The translations under genes and the position numbers were made by a program. From positions 124,001-188,000 of the forward strand of contig BQFW01000002.1 in the NCBI GenBank assembly GCA_020891255.1: DNA of 64,000 nt, read 5' to 3'. Every line of letters begins with the position of its first letter. Position 1 is the first letter of the stretch. The notes under the pieces were generated by a model. It made no database searches. It saw only the letters and a list, made by a program, of their open reading frames with translations, and was not told where the DNA came from. Below are positions 1 to 13,473 of the stretch, piece after piece. This DNA comes from Entomortierella parvispora E1425 (Eukaryota > Fungi > Mortierellomycota).

Positions 1-114
1 GAATATATCCGGAGCGCGTCCAAAAAGACGAGTTTTGGAGCCATAGACTTTTTTTCGTCCTACGGCGTCCGTTCCAAGGACCGGGGGTCTGTTTCAGCGG
101 CTTGGGTGCGTGGG

Positions 115-2355
115 ATGAACGGCACAAAGAACATAGCACTAAGGAAAAGAATTAAAGCTGAATGGGAATCATCCTCCAGGAAACGTAAAACATTTTGGCA
201 AGAGCTGGAGCAAAAGGAGAGGGACGATGTAAGGCCATTTGTTGAAAGAGGGCTGGATGGGCCATTTTGTTCATGCGCTACTGTTGCTGTTGGCTGACAG
301 CTGTTGCACTCTTTGATATAGGCGTATTGCCGAAAATTGGAGGTGTTTGTTGTGGAAGACAAACTGAAAGTCGGGCTTCATCACTCAGAACGCATCGCAA
401 AGGGTAAATACCGGCGGACTGCAGATAACGAAAACTTGATGGCGGCTAGAGATATTCATGTGGTGGCCTGGTCATTTCTCAACAATAGTTTTAAGCAGCG
501 AGACCCAGTCATCGGCCGACTCGACATCTCTGGATGACTCTACATCTCTGGATGACTCTACAACCATTGCTGCTGCCACTCAAATACCTTCAAACAGCCC
601 GTCGTCTTCGCCTGCAACAAACCCATTGACGCCCAGCACTGGCTCTTCATCGTCCAGCAGTCTGTCAACACCAAAGATATCGGCCAAAAAGTCCACCCCT
701 CTGGAAGAACCTTGGCAGGCTCTGCAGAGCTTTGCACGACAAGTGGTAAAGAGCAGGTCCATTTTTTGCCCTGTGCATGCGTATATATGGAACCATACTT
801 ACCAGCACTATTTTGTAGGCTTTAAAGAGACCAGTGACCATAATGGAGGTCCAGCCTGGAACCATGACCCCTACTAGACTGGGGCTGTTCAATCATGCAT
901 ACGATTCCCTGGTGCTTTTCAATGAGGACGGAGACGATTCTATCCTCCTCAAGGATGCTTTGTAAGTCTATTTTAAAACCGACACTTGGAATGACCGACT
1001 TTTGGCTGCTATTCATATCAGACTAACTTTTTGTTGTCCAATATGTAGTGTTGCTCTGTCTTGTACGCTGAACCTGTCTGGGCCTGATGTCTCATCTTAC
1101 TTTCCAAAAGAGACCCTCACAGCTGCCGAAGATGCTATACCGTACCTTAAAGACACCGGCGATGTTGTGAAGATGATGGCGCCCACTCTAAAGATTTTTA
1201 TTGCATCGGGATTGAATGTGGATACACTGTTGAAAGAATCCATCCGATCTAAAGGCGAAATTGTAAAGCGACGAAATACCCTCTCTGGAAAGTTGAATGA
1301 TATTATCGAATATCTGTAAGTATCCCCTCTCTGTTTAGCGGTCTGGAGAGACGGCAATGGTATTCACAACCGCCTTCCTTTCAATAGATGTGAGTTGATC
1401 TTGTCACCAGAAATGCAATCGGGAGAGGCGTTTTCGGAAGCAGAGGTAGTCGAGACATGGAAGGGTCTCTTCAAGATTCTTCTAAGGAACACAAAGATAT
1501 ACTCCAAAAGGTAGGCCAAGGCTCTCAAGCTCTTCGATTTTTTTCAAGTTTCTATTGGAATTGACATTTGATTTTCTTTTCATATAGCGGCGAAACTGTC
1601 ATCATTACCTCCAAGGACGTTCAGGTCATCTTGAACAGAGAATTTGGGGACTATAGCCCCTATGGTCGCAAAGCCGATATGTTGTTTAAATCACGGACAG
1701 AGATGTGTAATTTCGAGTTCAAGGCCGAGGGCACGTCGCCGACAGACATGATGACTCAAAACAGAAAGAACATTCGCTTGAACCGTTGTATCCTGGAGAA
1801 CTTGCGCAAAATCGGCGTGTCGAGTCCAAGGATCTTGTTTGCAGATGTCAAAGGTAAGTCTGACATCCAGTCAGTCTTGTTTGTTTGACAGCTCTATGCT
1901 CTTTGCTTGGTGTTGACCGTCACTATTATGTTCTGTGTGAGAATAGGATTCTCTGGTTGTGTGTTTTCACTGCAGGCATTCGAAGATATTTACACCAGCA
2001 AGTGCGTCGATTACATGTCCATCCCTCAAAACGCGACGGAGCTCAAAGAGTTTATGGAGAATGGAGAATTGGTCTTGACCTTAATGGCCATTGCGGTGAG
2101 TATTTAGATGTATTTGAGACCAAGGTATATTGGCAAGTGGACCCAGAGTGCTGATACGTTCGCTTCGAATGCAATTGAATATCTTGTTAGGATAATCTCA
2201 TTGAAACAGAGCAAAAGGCGAATGCGGCCCTGGACATGTCTGCTCAGGCCAAGACAAAGAGAAAACTACTGGACCTCTATGGCTCTGGCGAGAAGTCCCC
2301 TCCTCGAAGAGAGCGCCGGTTCTCCAGCTCCATCTACTTGAGTCCAAACAAATAA
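115..2355 (+). CDS. Hypothetical multi-exon protein with C-terminal PD-(D/E)XK-like (restriction-endonuclease-fold) motif
   Basis: ATG 115 and about 9 GT-AG exons that splice in frame (e.g. ...IYSKS|GETVII..., ...DVKG|FSGCVFSLQAFEDIY...), ending TAA 2353-2355. Motif YGRKADMLFKSRTEMCNFEFK fits the D...ExK spacing. The internal boundary near 745-819 is less certain. Confidence 0.6.
519..563 (+). repeat. Short tandem duplication encoding STSLDD x2
   Basis: actcgacatctctggatg / actctacatctctggatg / actctaca seen directly, 18-nt period. Confidence 0.7.
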
Positions 2356-2541
2356 AGGACCCCTTTCACTTTGACAGCCGATATTGATGTCCAACAACAA
2401 AAAAAGTCTTACATGCAAGGAGTTTCTAGTGGAAAAATGATATCTTGAAATGGTATTATACAAAAGGAATGGAAGGAGTAAATAGAGAAGATGGAGGGGG
2501 GAGAAGGATGCTTTTTTTCAAACGAATCTAATATAATATGT

Positions 2542-5500
2542 CTACTGCTTTCGTGTCGAGACGCCCACACGCATACCCACGCGCACGAGCATCTCGATCT
2601 GCTCTTTGGAAGATCTCAACAGATCTTCATCAAACTGAATGGTATTGGGTTCAAAGAGGACGACGATCGTGGAGCCTCCAAAGGCAAAGTATCCATGCTC
2701 GTCCATACGCTCAACTAGCTGGCCACCCTGGGTGGTCAAGACAATGGAGCCGACCATCATTGCACCAATGGAACAGTACGCGACTGTGCCAAACTCGTTC
2801 GACTCGATGGTCGAGATCACCCGCTTGTTCTCACCATAGACATCCAGATGACTACGGATCGACATGGGGTTGACCGTGAAGTACTCGCCGTCGATTGACA
2901 CTGGGTCGGACAACACACCCCGGACTGGGATATGGTACCGGTGGTAATCCTGTGGTGCAAGTCGGAAGATGGCCAAGCTTCCACCATCGTACTTTTGAGC
3001 GAGCGCTGGATCGTTCAGCAATTTGGTGATGGTGAACTGTCGGCCCTTGATCCAGAACTTTTGCGCATCCGAGATGGTCTGGAAGCAAGTCATGCGACAG
3101 TCAGCCACACTGACCGCGACGCGGTCATCGCCCGGGTTGCTCAGCGTCCGCGCATCGGGTTTGAGTCGACGGTAAAAGAAATCGTTGAAGGTCTTGAAGC
3201 TTTGGACGGGCTCTAGCACCTCCGACATGTGCGCCTCCAGATGGTGGAACCGGATAAAAGGTTCAATGTTGCGTTTGGAACGGGGGTCGTCAAATTTGAG
3301 GCCCTGTTTCCGAGTCATGTTGGCCATGATCTTGCCGACTCTGATCTTTTGGGCGGGACTTTTGTACAAGAGTCGAATGCCCAGACGGATAAAGGTCGGC
3401 ATCTTTTCCTCGAGCATTGTTCCCGTGAGTCGGTCTTGAACGATAATGTTGGCGTTGCTCTAGAGAGTCGACAGAAACAAGTGGCGTTAGTCTGGGTAGA
3501 CTGGAGTCTCAAAGTGACGAAATAAATACCAAAAGAGAAAAAAAAAAAAAAACATTGTAACCCTACCTTGCCAATGACATAGCGTCCGTAGCCCAGGGTC
3601 TTGACTACTTTGGTGATCCATTTCCGTTGAGCATTCGCCTCTGTGACAAAGTTGCCCAGAATCAACTTGTCCAGATTGAAACCATCGTTGCCCGAGCACA
3701 CGGCAATATGAGTAATCACATCCGTCTCGAGCTTGGAGCCAAGATTGGGGTCACGACAGATAGGGCAGGATGAGATCCGGATCACATACTCGTCCTCTGA
3801 GATTTGGGGTTCAAAATCGGCTTCCGTGGGCTCCACCATATCGACCGCCTGCGGGATCGAGCCCGATGGGATCTTGTTGCGCGTCAAGTGCAAAAAGAGC
3901 TCATTGTCCTCCTCATCCTCGTCTTCTTCGTCTTCCAGAGACTCTTCAGTCGATTCTTTTTCTTCCACCGTGGTGCTCACGCTGTTGGTCGTCTTGTCAG
4001 CCGCAATGGCCGCCACGGCTGCATTCCTGGATTTCCGGGTCCAAAACTTTCGGATTCGTCGCTTGTGTCTCTTGCTCGGTACACTGTCATCCAAGCGCAC
4101 TTGTCTCTCCAGTCGTTCAAACAGCTCATCAAACGTCAACTCATCCCGCTCGGGATCTTTGGAATAGGGTATAAAAAAGCTGTCGACCGTCTGACTGGAA
4201 AGGGTCGATCCCAGGCCCTCCAACATGGCCTGAATCAGGACCTTGCTGTAAAGTCCATGGTGGGGGTCTGCATCAAAGGCCTTGGCGAGCCCGAGCCAGA
4301 AGCGTCGTCGAAGACGGGTATAGGGTACAAACTTTGCTCGAACCTTGAGCGACGCATTGTCCTTGTTGACTTTGATGTTGCTGTTGACCTCAATATCGAG
4401 GTTATACTCCTTCATTTCAGGATCTGCGGCGGCCTCCTTGTCCGTGTCTGGATCCACTATGGGCGAAGGTGCGTTTTCATTGTCGAGCACTGCGGCTGCG
4501 CTGATCAAGGTATCAATGTCCATGGTCGCCATGCCCACATAGTCGTTCCCGCTGAGCTTATCCCAGTCATGGATAGAGTACTTGATCTTGAAGGCCTCTT
4601 CGCCGTGGTGGACTCTGAACATGAGTTTGCCCCGCCACGTGGGGTTGAGGTTATGTCGGATGACTCGTGTCCGGAAAATGTACTTTCCGAATGCAATCAC
4701 CACAAAAGGGTCCATATCAAAGCCCGTCCGTGTAACGTTGTGTGTCCTGGGGAGGTGGGAGGCAGAAACAATCTCCATGAAAACGACGCCATTAAGAGTG
4801 TTGGTCGATCCAGAGGAAGAGAGTGACGACGAATTGGAGGGCGAGGTGCGAAGTGCGCTAGGTGGGGGCGAGGGCGTGTCGATCCTGAGGGCAGAGAGCC
4901 CCGAGGAGACATCGCCTTCCCGCACTGCCATGGGAATATCGGTCAACGCCACGACTGTGTTGTTGCTGGTGTGTACCTGTCGCTGACCCAGTCCGAGTTT
5001 GTGGCGTCCACTGGCGAGCTTTTGCCATACCCGTTGGCATTCCGAATGCGAGTCTTTCCTGACAGGGGCCAGGGTTGTGTCAATGAACCCAAACTTGACC
5101 ATGACTAAGAGAAAGGGGGAGAAGGGGAGCGAGTGAGTTGCGCTGTCTTCTTTTTTTCCATTCTGGGTCCTCGAATCTACAGTAGTTGATAACAGATTGG
5201 GCTGTACTGCGGGTTTGAATCGGCGACTACGTACCTTCACCAGTGACCTTTGAGAACTTGCCGGGAATGGACTTTAGCGGAAACCATTTACCCTGTGAGA
5301 TGGTGCGATCGAGAGACAACGAACGGTGTTAAAAATAATCCAACAACAATTGGCAACGGGCAATGGGCGCTGCTCTGTCTCTCCCTCTTGCTCTCCTCGG
5401 TCTCTCTGCCCCCGCTGCGCGCCTTTGGGCTGTCCTTTGCTTCCAAGGATCATTAATCGCTCTTTGAAGCAAAAAGAGCCCAGGCAAGGTTGCCACACGC

Positions 5501-6396
5501 CCAGAAGTGGTATGTTTGTCCATGAGGACAGAGCGAGCGGTGGTTGGATTAAGGTGCAGACGGACGAGTCAAAAGTGAATAAAATGTAAAGCAAAGAATA
5601 TGTCCAGTCTGGTCCGTCTGGTCAACAAATGAACAAACATACTCCTGCTGCTGCTCCTGCTCCTGCACATGCGAATGCGGTGTTATTGATTACTTGCCTC
5701 ATTAGCGGGGTCATCAAAGTGCAGAGGAGCTCCGTCGGCCCAGAGCGAGGGGGCATCAAAGGGAATGTTCACAGTGCCGAGATAATCATCCCTTCCCCAA
5801 CGGTCCTTGTCCCAGAACATGAGGTTGACCTCCTCTGGCACCGACTGCACATCGAGATCAAAGTCAAAGGGGGCGTCCCAGACGGGGTTCAACGACTTGC
5901 GGATCACATCCGTCGTAAACTTGTGTCCGCCGACAGAGAGTTTGACATATGGATCAGAGAAGCCATTCTATTACATCAAACAAGAACAATCGGATGGATC
6001 GAGGCCAATAGTTAGCCTTGGAGCGCGCTTTTTGCTCTCAGAGAAGTGTGGTCTTCGTTTCTGGTTCCGAGAATAAAGAACAATATAAAAAAAAAGAGCT
6101 TCTGCTGGAACCATTCAGGAGGAAGCAGGGAGGGAGCGAGGGGACTGAATGAATGAATGAATGACTGACTGACCCTGTCTCTGCTAACAAGATCTTTAGC
6201 ACGGGCAATAAAGATGCGCATGCGAGCAATGGGTTGCTCATCCTCGTCTAGGAGAGAAGGTGTCCCTGGCCTGGACGCTGCAGCGGTCGTTGAAGACGTC
6301 AAGGCCATACGGGAGAGCATGGGGGTTGGGCGCTCAATGATGGTGAATGGTGCCGAGGATGAGGGAGGGTAGGGAAGTGTGAATGTCCTGAGCATG
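2542..6396 (-). CDS. PSD2: Phosphatidylserine decarboxylase 2 (two C2 domains + decarboxylase)
   Basis: C2 #1 NGFSDPYVKLSVGGHKFTTDVIRKSLNPVW, C2 #2 MDPFVVIAFGKYIFRTRVIRHNLNPTW, RLAPQDYHRYH, and self-cleavage motif FAFGGSTIVVLF. Stop at 2542. The start codon is uncertain (ATGs near 6396 and 6321). Confidence 0.93.
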
Positions 6397-7199
6397 CAAG
6401 TCGCCTCGGAGGGGCAAAGGACACTGTGGGAATAAGGAGTGGAGGGGAGAGAAGAGAAGGGAGGGTGGGAGAGTGGAGTGGAGAGGGAGGAGGATGTGGA
6501 GAGAGACAAAGAGAAGGAGAGGGAATTAACGACAGAGAGGCAAAGTCGAAAAGGTTCAAGAGGGAAAGGGAGAGGAGGGGAGACAACAAAAGAAGACGGC
6601 CTCTAGGAAAGTCCAAATCCAGAGCGGATCATGTCAACATTGGGCGGACGGACTCGTCGCACAGAGCCGATTGAAATGAACAGGCGGGTGAGCTGAGCAC
6701 TCTTGTTGCTCCATGCCCTCCACGCTCTGTTCTTGAACAGACACGACCAGTCCAGGAAGAGGAATTGCTGCCGCTGCTGTCCTGTTGGACATGAACCAGG
6801 CTGTTGCTTGTTCCCTGCGTGCAGGTATCTCTCGTCATCATCACATCACATCACAGCCACAGCCACCCCGCAGCCGCAGCCGCAGCCACAGCCACACGAA
6901 AAACCAAACCAACAAATCGCTCATTGAGTATGACAGACATCATGATCGTTGCAGGTCACCATAGGTCGGTCAAGAAAGAGGTATGCCAAGATCGCTACAG
7001 TATAGAAACAATGAGAGAATGCCAAGATGCCATTTATTTTCCTTGAAATGCTGCACCGGCAACAGCAAAGAGTCGAGAAAAGCACCGATAATAATGAGAT
7101 TGAGAGTGAGATGACGATGATGATGAGAATGAGCAATTGAAGTGGCTAAAATACAAGAAAATGAATCGAAATATAGGGACGCCTGGAACAGAGGCTCGT

Positions 7200-8126
7200 T
7201 TAGGACATGTCGACGTCCATGAGCTTGCTCTTTTGTGCCACCTTCTGGACCTGGGCCAGGTTCTTGATTGCTGGGGTGTCGACCAGGTGAATGTGCTTCT
7301 GGACCAAAGCCTGGTTCTCGGTCTTCTGGCGCAACTTGTTGCCCGACATCCTGTTCTTGTAAAACACACGCTCGCGCTTGGCCTTGATCTCCTGCGAACG
7401 CTTCAATGCTCTGATGGTGGTCGCCATCAAGTCCCGATCGTAACGGACAGGAATGTTGCGACGCTTCTCGAACTGGAAGGTCGAGTCCTGTCATTGGAAA
7501 GATTTTTCAGCGTCAACAAATGAATACAGTCAGTAAGGGTCCATGTGAATAACAACAAGATCAAAGGAAATCATATCCTTATCGTCCTGTTATCTGCATG
7601 AGAAAAGCAAGGGGGTGAAAGAGATCGACACAAACACACAGCCTGCAGTCGCACAACAACGTACAATGGTCATCTCCTTGCCAGCAGCCTTGCGGAAGGC
7701 CTTGGTCCAGCGGACCTTACGGGGGTTGCGCTTCATCTTGAAGTTCTTGTGGCATTTTGACCTGCAGAAACGGAAAGTCTTTTTTTTTGGGAAGCAAATA
7801 GACGGAATGAAGAGATGTTTAGAGAGTGCTGTACAAGAGATGTCGAACCCATGATGCCGTAGAGTCATATTGAAGAAGAACAGGCAGACAGAACAGGCAG
7901 ACAGAGCAGCCATGCAACGAATGCAAGTAATGACCTCAAGAAATGACTGCATGTATATGTAATGACTGGGTTCCATGTGCCAGTTCTTCAGCGTCGAATG
8001 TCAGTCCTCCAAGGGCCATCGCAGCCGAGGAATCGGGTGCTGTACCTTTGAGTCGTTACGGACAAAGAGAGTTCCGTGGCCGGGGTAGCAGGTGGAGGAG
8101 CAGAAGTAGCACTTTTCCAATCTCAT
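7200..8126 (-). CDS. RLP24: Ribosome biogenesis protein Rlp24 (eL24-like)
   Basis: Exon 1 [27 protein letters not shown]|gt (ATG 8126), exon 2 [37 protein letters not shown], last exon ending KLMDVDMS*. Confidence 0.95.
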
Positions 8127-8495
8127 GGTGGTATTATCGGCTGGTGAAGGTGAAGGAGAAAGAGGGGGGAAGAAAAACCTGCAAAGGGGCCAAGTTCAGA
8201 CAGAGTGGACCCCCCACCCAGCAGAGTGATTGCAGCTGGGAGCGTAGCAACAAAAAAAAAAAAAAAAAAAAAAAAAACTGCACGTGACTCTCTATTAAGG
8301 GGCCAAGATGCAAAGACATAAACACATCCACGCACGCCCGCAGAGCCCTGCCGACACAGACAAAAAAAAGCCTCTTTCTTCAAAGATTCGCTTCATTGCA
8401 AGCCATCCATCTTCCAAGCCCCAACTACCAACGAACGCCATCACCAAGCCGCCACAAACGACCAGCCTCCTAAGCCAAGCCGCCCAAAGCCAAGC

Positions 8496-10334
8496 ATGGA
8501 CTCGACCAGCGACGAACCATCTGCTTCCCATCCCTCGCCATCCTCCCACCCTCCTCCTGCCAATGACTCTCACACCGACACTGCCTCACAGGACGAACAC
8601 CCGCCTGTCGACCCAGTCGACCCTGCTACACTTGAGCAAGTCGCCGCGGCCATCGCCACCGACGGCGCACACCTAGCCATGACTTCCAATCAAGACTCGT
8701 CTGTCCATCAAGACCAAGAGGAGCATCATGCATCAGAGCATGACCAGCAGACTGCGCAATCAGCGGAGGTGGATTTGGCGCCCCAAGAACAAGCAGGGAG
8801 CAACCACCACGACACTACAAGACCCACAGACGCCGAGACAGATGCTGCAGTAGCCCATGCCTTTGTTAATGCCTTCAACGATACCACAGCCGACGACATC
8901 AAGGCCCTGACAAAAGCCCTTACTACTCCCATTGAGCAGATTGAGGCAGAGGAGCAGGCAGCTGCCGCGGCTGCAGTCGCTGCCGTAGCCGCATCTGTAG
9001 CTGCAGGAGCAGGAGTGAACAACAGCAACGAACAACATCACGGTGGTCAAGCCCCTGAGCCCTCAACGCCAGCGTTCGATGTCAGTAACATTTACGACCA
9101 GGTTCTTTCGTTGACGTCCCAGACCCAAAAGCCTGCGGGAAAGACCATGCAGGAAGTTTTTGAGCAAAATCAAGCAGCAAGGGCTCTGCAGCTTATCGCC
9201 TTGTCATTGAATAGCACTGCGACTCAGGAGGAAAAACTTTCAGATGGCGTTTTGAAGGAGCACCAAGACGGCGATAACAACAGCAACACGCCAAGCGCAA
9301 CGGATACCCTCATGTCGATCTCGAACGCCATCAACTTCCCCTCTCACTCGTCCTCGTCCAAGCTCGAAGAAGATACCAATGCTTTTGCACAGGCAGTCTT
9401 AAATGCTACTCAATCTGGCTCCGGCAAGGGTCTTGGCGATGAGAACTCAAGCAGCTCGTCTGACGCCCTTGTTCATAGCGCACTTCACAACATTCATCTC
9501 AACACGCGCACAACCGAAGGAGACTCTGGTGCAAACTCATCAGTTGCACCTATCACATCGTCAGCAGAACAGAGCAGTGGTCAAGGATTTACATTCGAGG
9601 TGGATAAGGCAACTGGAAAGACACAGATCAAGTGGACGACGCCGCAGGACGACGCCAGCACCAATGCACTCCACGACGCTGCGATTCAGCAAGCCCTTCA
9701 TACTCTGATGAACGCCAACGGTCTCCCTGGACTGTCGATTCTGGGTGTGCCCAATGTAGGCATGATGCCCCCTCCACTCGGACAATTTCCAGCACAAGGA
9801 TCACAATTTGGTACTGCACAAGACCCGTTGGTCCCAGAGCCGGCAACACCAGCGCGCAAAAAGAGACGCACTGGAGGATCTAACGGTCAGAACACTGCAG
9901 CTTCGATACCTGAAGGCGCCACATCCTATCCTTGCGAATACCCGGGTTGCGACAAGGTGTTTGCTCGCCTTTACAACCTGAAATCTCATTCGCGGACACA
10001 TACCAATGATCGGCCGTTTGTTTGTAGTCACTGCACTCAGGCTTTCTCCAGAAACCACGATTTGAAGAGGCACGTCAAGATCCACGGAGGCGACAAACCA
10101 TTCAAGTGTAATGGCTGCGGAAAGTCTTTCTCTCGATTGGATGCCCTCGGACGCCATCGTGGCAACTCCAAGAACCGTGCAGGATGCCAAGGAGGTGCTG
10201 TCGATGGAGGTCAGCAGCTCAACGTGGGGCATGTGGATTCTGCAGCCGAAGATCATGAGATGGCGGAGGCACCACCCGCTGTAGCGACTCCACAGCCTGA
10301 GCCTGCACAGCTGCCAGAGACCTCTTCCTCATAA
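8496..10334 (+). CDS. C2H2 zinc-finger transcription factor, three C-terminal fingers, Crz1-like finger array
   Basis: Single 612-aa [76 protein letters not shown]; basic NLS-like RKKRR. Confidence 0.88.
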   Translation: MDSTSDEPSASHPSPSSHPPPANDSHTDTASQDEHPPVDPVDPATLEQVAAAIATDGAHLAMTSNQDSSVHQDQEEHHASEHDQQTAQSAEVDLAPQEQAGSNHHDTTRPTDAETDAAVAHAFVNAFNDTTADDIKALTKALTTPIEQIEAEEQAAAAAAVAAVAASVAAGAGVNNSNEQHHGGQAPEPSTPAFDVSNIYDQVLSLTSQTQKPAGKTMQEVFEQNQAARALQLIALSLNSTATQEEKLSDGVLKEHQDGDNNSNTPSATDTLMSISNAINFPSHSSSSKLEEDTNAFAQAVLNATQSGSGKGLGDENSSSSSDALVHSALHNIHLNTRTTEGDSGANSSVAPITSSAEQSSGQGFTFEVDKATGKTQIKWTTPQDDASTNALHDAAIQQALHTLMNANGLPGLSILGVPNVGMMPPPLGQFPAQGSQFGTAQDPLVPEPATPARKKRRTGGSNGQNTAASIPEGATSYPCEYPGCDKVFARLYNLKSHSRTHTNDRPFVCSHCTQAFSRNHDLKRHVKIHGGDKPFKCNGCGKSFSRLDALGRHRGNSKNRAGCQGGAVDGGQQLNVGHVDSAAEDHEMAEAPPAVATPQPEPAQLPETSSS

Positions 10335-10963
10335 ACCAATAAAGAAACGTAAAGAAACCACCATTGGTTCCTCATCCCATATAGACTGGATTGTATTGTT
10401 ATTGCTTGCTCTGTGAAATGGATATGGAGACAACGAACTTGACTTACGACGGAACACAGCAAGAGTTGAGGAGCAACGCCGACCAAGCAGTAGGCCTTTC
10501 GGGTCTTGATCTTTAAGAAGATGAGTAAAGAGCAGTTAAGTGTCGTTTGCATTCAGCAGTTGGGCTGAGCGGACTTGTGCTATTCGCACTGCCTTGGGTG
10601 TAGGCCAAGTGGAGACAGAACTTTACAAAAACGATGGGTCATCTTCTACCTCACGCCAAGTGCAGACCAGGCGAAAGGGTCTACTAGAAAGTCCAATATG
10701 CTCCAAAGAGGTCCTGCCCCTTTGATAATCAGGCCCCGGATGTAGGAGCGACATCTCTCGGTAGCCCTCGCTGCTCAGATGGGAGGGACGTCAAAGACAT
10801 AGAAGTGGGACCAAGTAACGCGAGTGAAAAACATAGAAAATCCTAGTGCAATCTGGCTGTGTGCCCGCCCTGTGGCTTAGATCTGAGAAGATTTTGCTCA
10901 AAACGAAATAAATGTGATCAAGATCAAGGCGGATTAGGAACTCCATCATCCATCACTCAACCC

Positions 10964-13042
10964 ATGTCGTCCTTCATTCTTCCCAAGGTCTCTGACACTG
11001 TCAGTGGATGGGGCCCCGCTGGACTCAGCGCTCAGTTCGCCGATATCCCTTACGCCCCATACTCCAAGGCTGACAAGCTTGGTCGCATTGCTGACTGGTC
11101 TGCCCCCGAGGGCACCCAGGGCAAGGATAACCGCGGAGGTGCTGGTGACCAGCGTGGAGGCCGTGCTGGTTTCCGCAACTTCAGAGGTACTACCAACCGA
11201 CAATTACGTTTTGATTTGCATTGGATTCATCGTCATCTTGCTCTCTGGACCGCGAGGCAAAGATCAACTTTTTCAGGATGGAGAAGACAGCCATGACCAA
11301 AAGGATCATCTCGTTTCAAGGCACAGACCTACAAATTACGACTACGGCCCACAAGGACATTTTCGACAAAAACATACCCCTTTCATTGTGCTTTTCAACT
11401 GTTTTATTGACCCTATTCGAATATCTTTCCCTTCACAGACAACTATGTCCCCTTCGGAAGCAACGCTGCCAACGCCTTCAACTACCAGCACACCGAGGAC
11501 GAGGCTTCCTTCTCCGTTGTCGACAACAGATCCGGTGCCCAGAAGAAGATCACTGGCTTCAAGTCTGCCTCTGGTCAGCGTGGTGGCCGTGGTGGTTTCC
11601 GTCAGCAGGGAGGCCAGCAGCGCGGTACTTTCCAGCGCTTGGGCGCTAACCGCGGAGGATTCGGCGGTGCTCGCCAGCAGCAGGGAGGCCAGCGCGGAGG
11701 TCGCCGTGGCTACAACAACTGGAGAGATTTCGACCGCAACCAGCGTGTCCGTGATGCCTCCGTCAAGGTCGGCGCTGAGTGGAACATGCTTGAGGAGATC
11801 GAGTTCTCTCGCCTCAACAAGCTCCAGTTCGAGGTCAACGATCCTGAGGATATGTAAGCTCATCGTTGTTGTTTGAACGTCCATTGAGATGAGGATGAAT
11901 TTCAGGACAAATTGATGGGATATTCAACTGACAATTCACTCACTCTTCCTTCACACAGTGCTCTCCATGGTGCTGTCGCCACATACGACAAGGCTTATGA
12001 CCGTGTCAACACCAAGCAGGAAAAGATTCTTCAGCAGGTTGACCGTGAGCGTGACAACGTGACGACTTCAGAGGATCCCATTCTCAGCAACTTGGCTTCT
12101 CAGCCTGCTGCCGAGAACGAGCAGCGGGTCTTTGCCACCGACAGTATTATCAGTGTTTTGATGACCGCTTCCCGCTCCGTCTACCCCTGGGATATTGTCA
12201 TTAACAGAACTGCTGACAAGGTCGTCTTTGATACCCGTGAGGGAAGCCAGGTCGACTACGTTTCCGTTAACGAGAACTCTTCTGACCCACCCATGGACAC
12301 TGGCGACAAGGACAACATCAACTCTCCTAGCGCCCTTTCCTTGGAGGCTACCTACATCAACACCAACTTTGCTGCTCAGGTTGTCAACGGCGAGCAGGTT
12401 GTTGACTTGGCTAACCCCAACCCCTTCTACGGTGCTGAGGAGGAGTCTGTCCCTCTTGTTGGTTACCGTTACCGCAAGTTCGACTTGTCCACCATCGAGG
12501 AGGAGGAGATCTCTCTCTTTGTCCGTACTGAGGTCGATGCTGTCGTCAAGTCAGCCTCGGGCGAGGACTCTTACATTACTCTTAAGGCCTTGAACGAGTT
12601 TGATACTCGTGCTCAGGGAGCTGGAGGTGCCATGGAGTGGAGACAAAAGTTGGATTCCCAGAGAGGTGCCGTCGTTGCCACTGAGATGAAGAACAACAGC
12701 TGCAAATTGGCCCGCTGGGTCGTCCAGAGCATGTTGGCCGGTGCTGATCACTTGAAGCTCGGATTCGTTTCCCGTACCAACCCCAAGGACCCCGCTCGCC
12801 ACGCCATTCTCGGTACCCAGATTTGCCGTCCCAAGGAGTTTGCTTCCCAGATGAACTTGCAGATCACCAACGGATGGGGTATTGTCAAGACTGTTGTCGA
12901 CTTGGCCTTGAAGTTGCCAGAGGGCAAGTATGTCCTCGTCAAGGACCCCAACAAGCCCGTTATCCGCCTTTACTCTGTCCCCAAGGATACCTTTGAGGAG
13001 GCTGAGGAGGAGAACGAGGAGGCCGAGGCTGAGACCGCATAA
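10964..13042 (+). CDS. EIF3D: Eukaryotic translation initiation factor 3 subunit D
   Basis: MSSFILP...GWGP...DIPYAPYSKADKLGRIADW N-terminus; LNEFD...WRQKLDSQRGAVVATEMKNNSCKLARW; three exons with GT-AG introns. Confidence 0.96.
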
Positions 13043-13473
13043 GGTTTTAGCAAGTATAAGATAGTATAAGATAGGATAGGATAGAAACGGAGTACTGTTC
13101 ATGAACAAAAAAAAAGTCATCCACATTTATAAGACTTTCAACATTTGAAAACCATGTAGACACCATATCTTTTTTGATAAACCCACTCAAGAAAGAGGAA
13201 GAAGGCAACCATTGAGGGGTAAAAAGATGACGCCTCTAAATCAGATGGAGCCGAGATAGGACCGAGGTGGGGCCGACATGGGGTCGAGGTAATATCCAAG
13301 TATGTCTTTTATTAGTGTACATGATAATTCGCGGGTGAAGATCTTGTCCTCCGCGTTCTATTAGTCCACCGGCATGGGCGCCGAAGGACAGTGGTGATTT
13401 GAGTGTATGGGGTGTCTGTGTGTTGGGTGTGTGGCCATGTCGTCGTCGTCTCGCCGCTGTCTGTTTTGTTGTT

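Noticed and set aside
11187-11437. Possible snoRNA in the 251-nt eIF3d intron 1
   Set aside because: No C/D boxes; H/ACA-like words are present but too common to support a call without folding or alignment.
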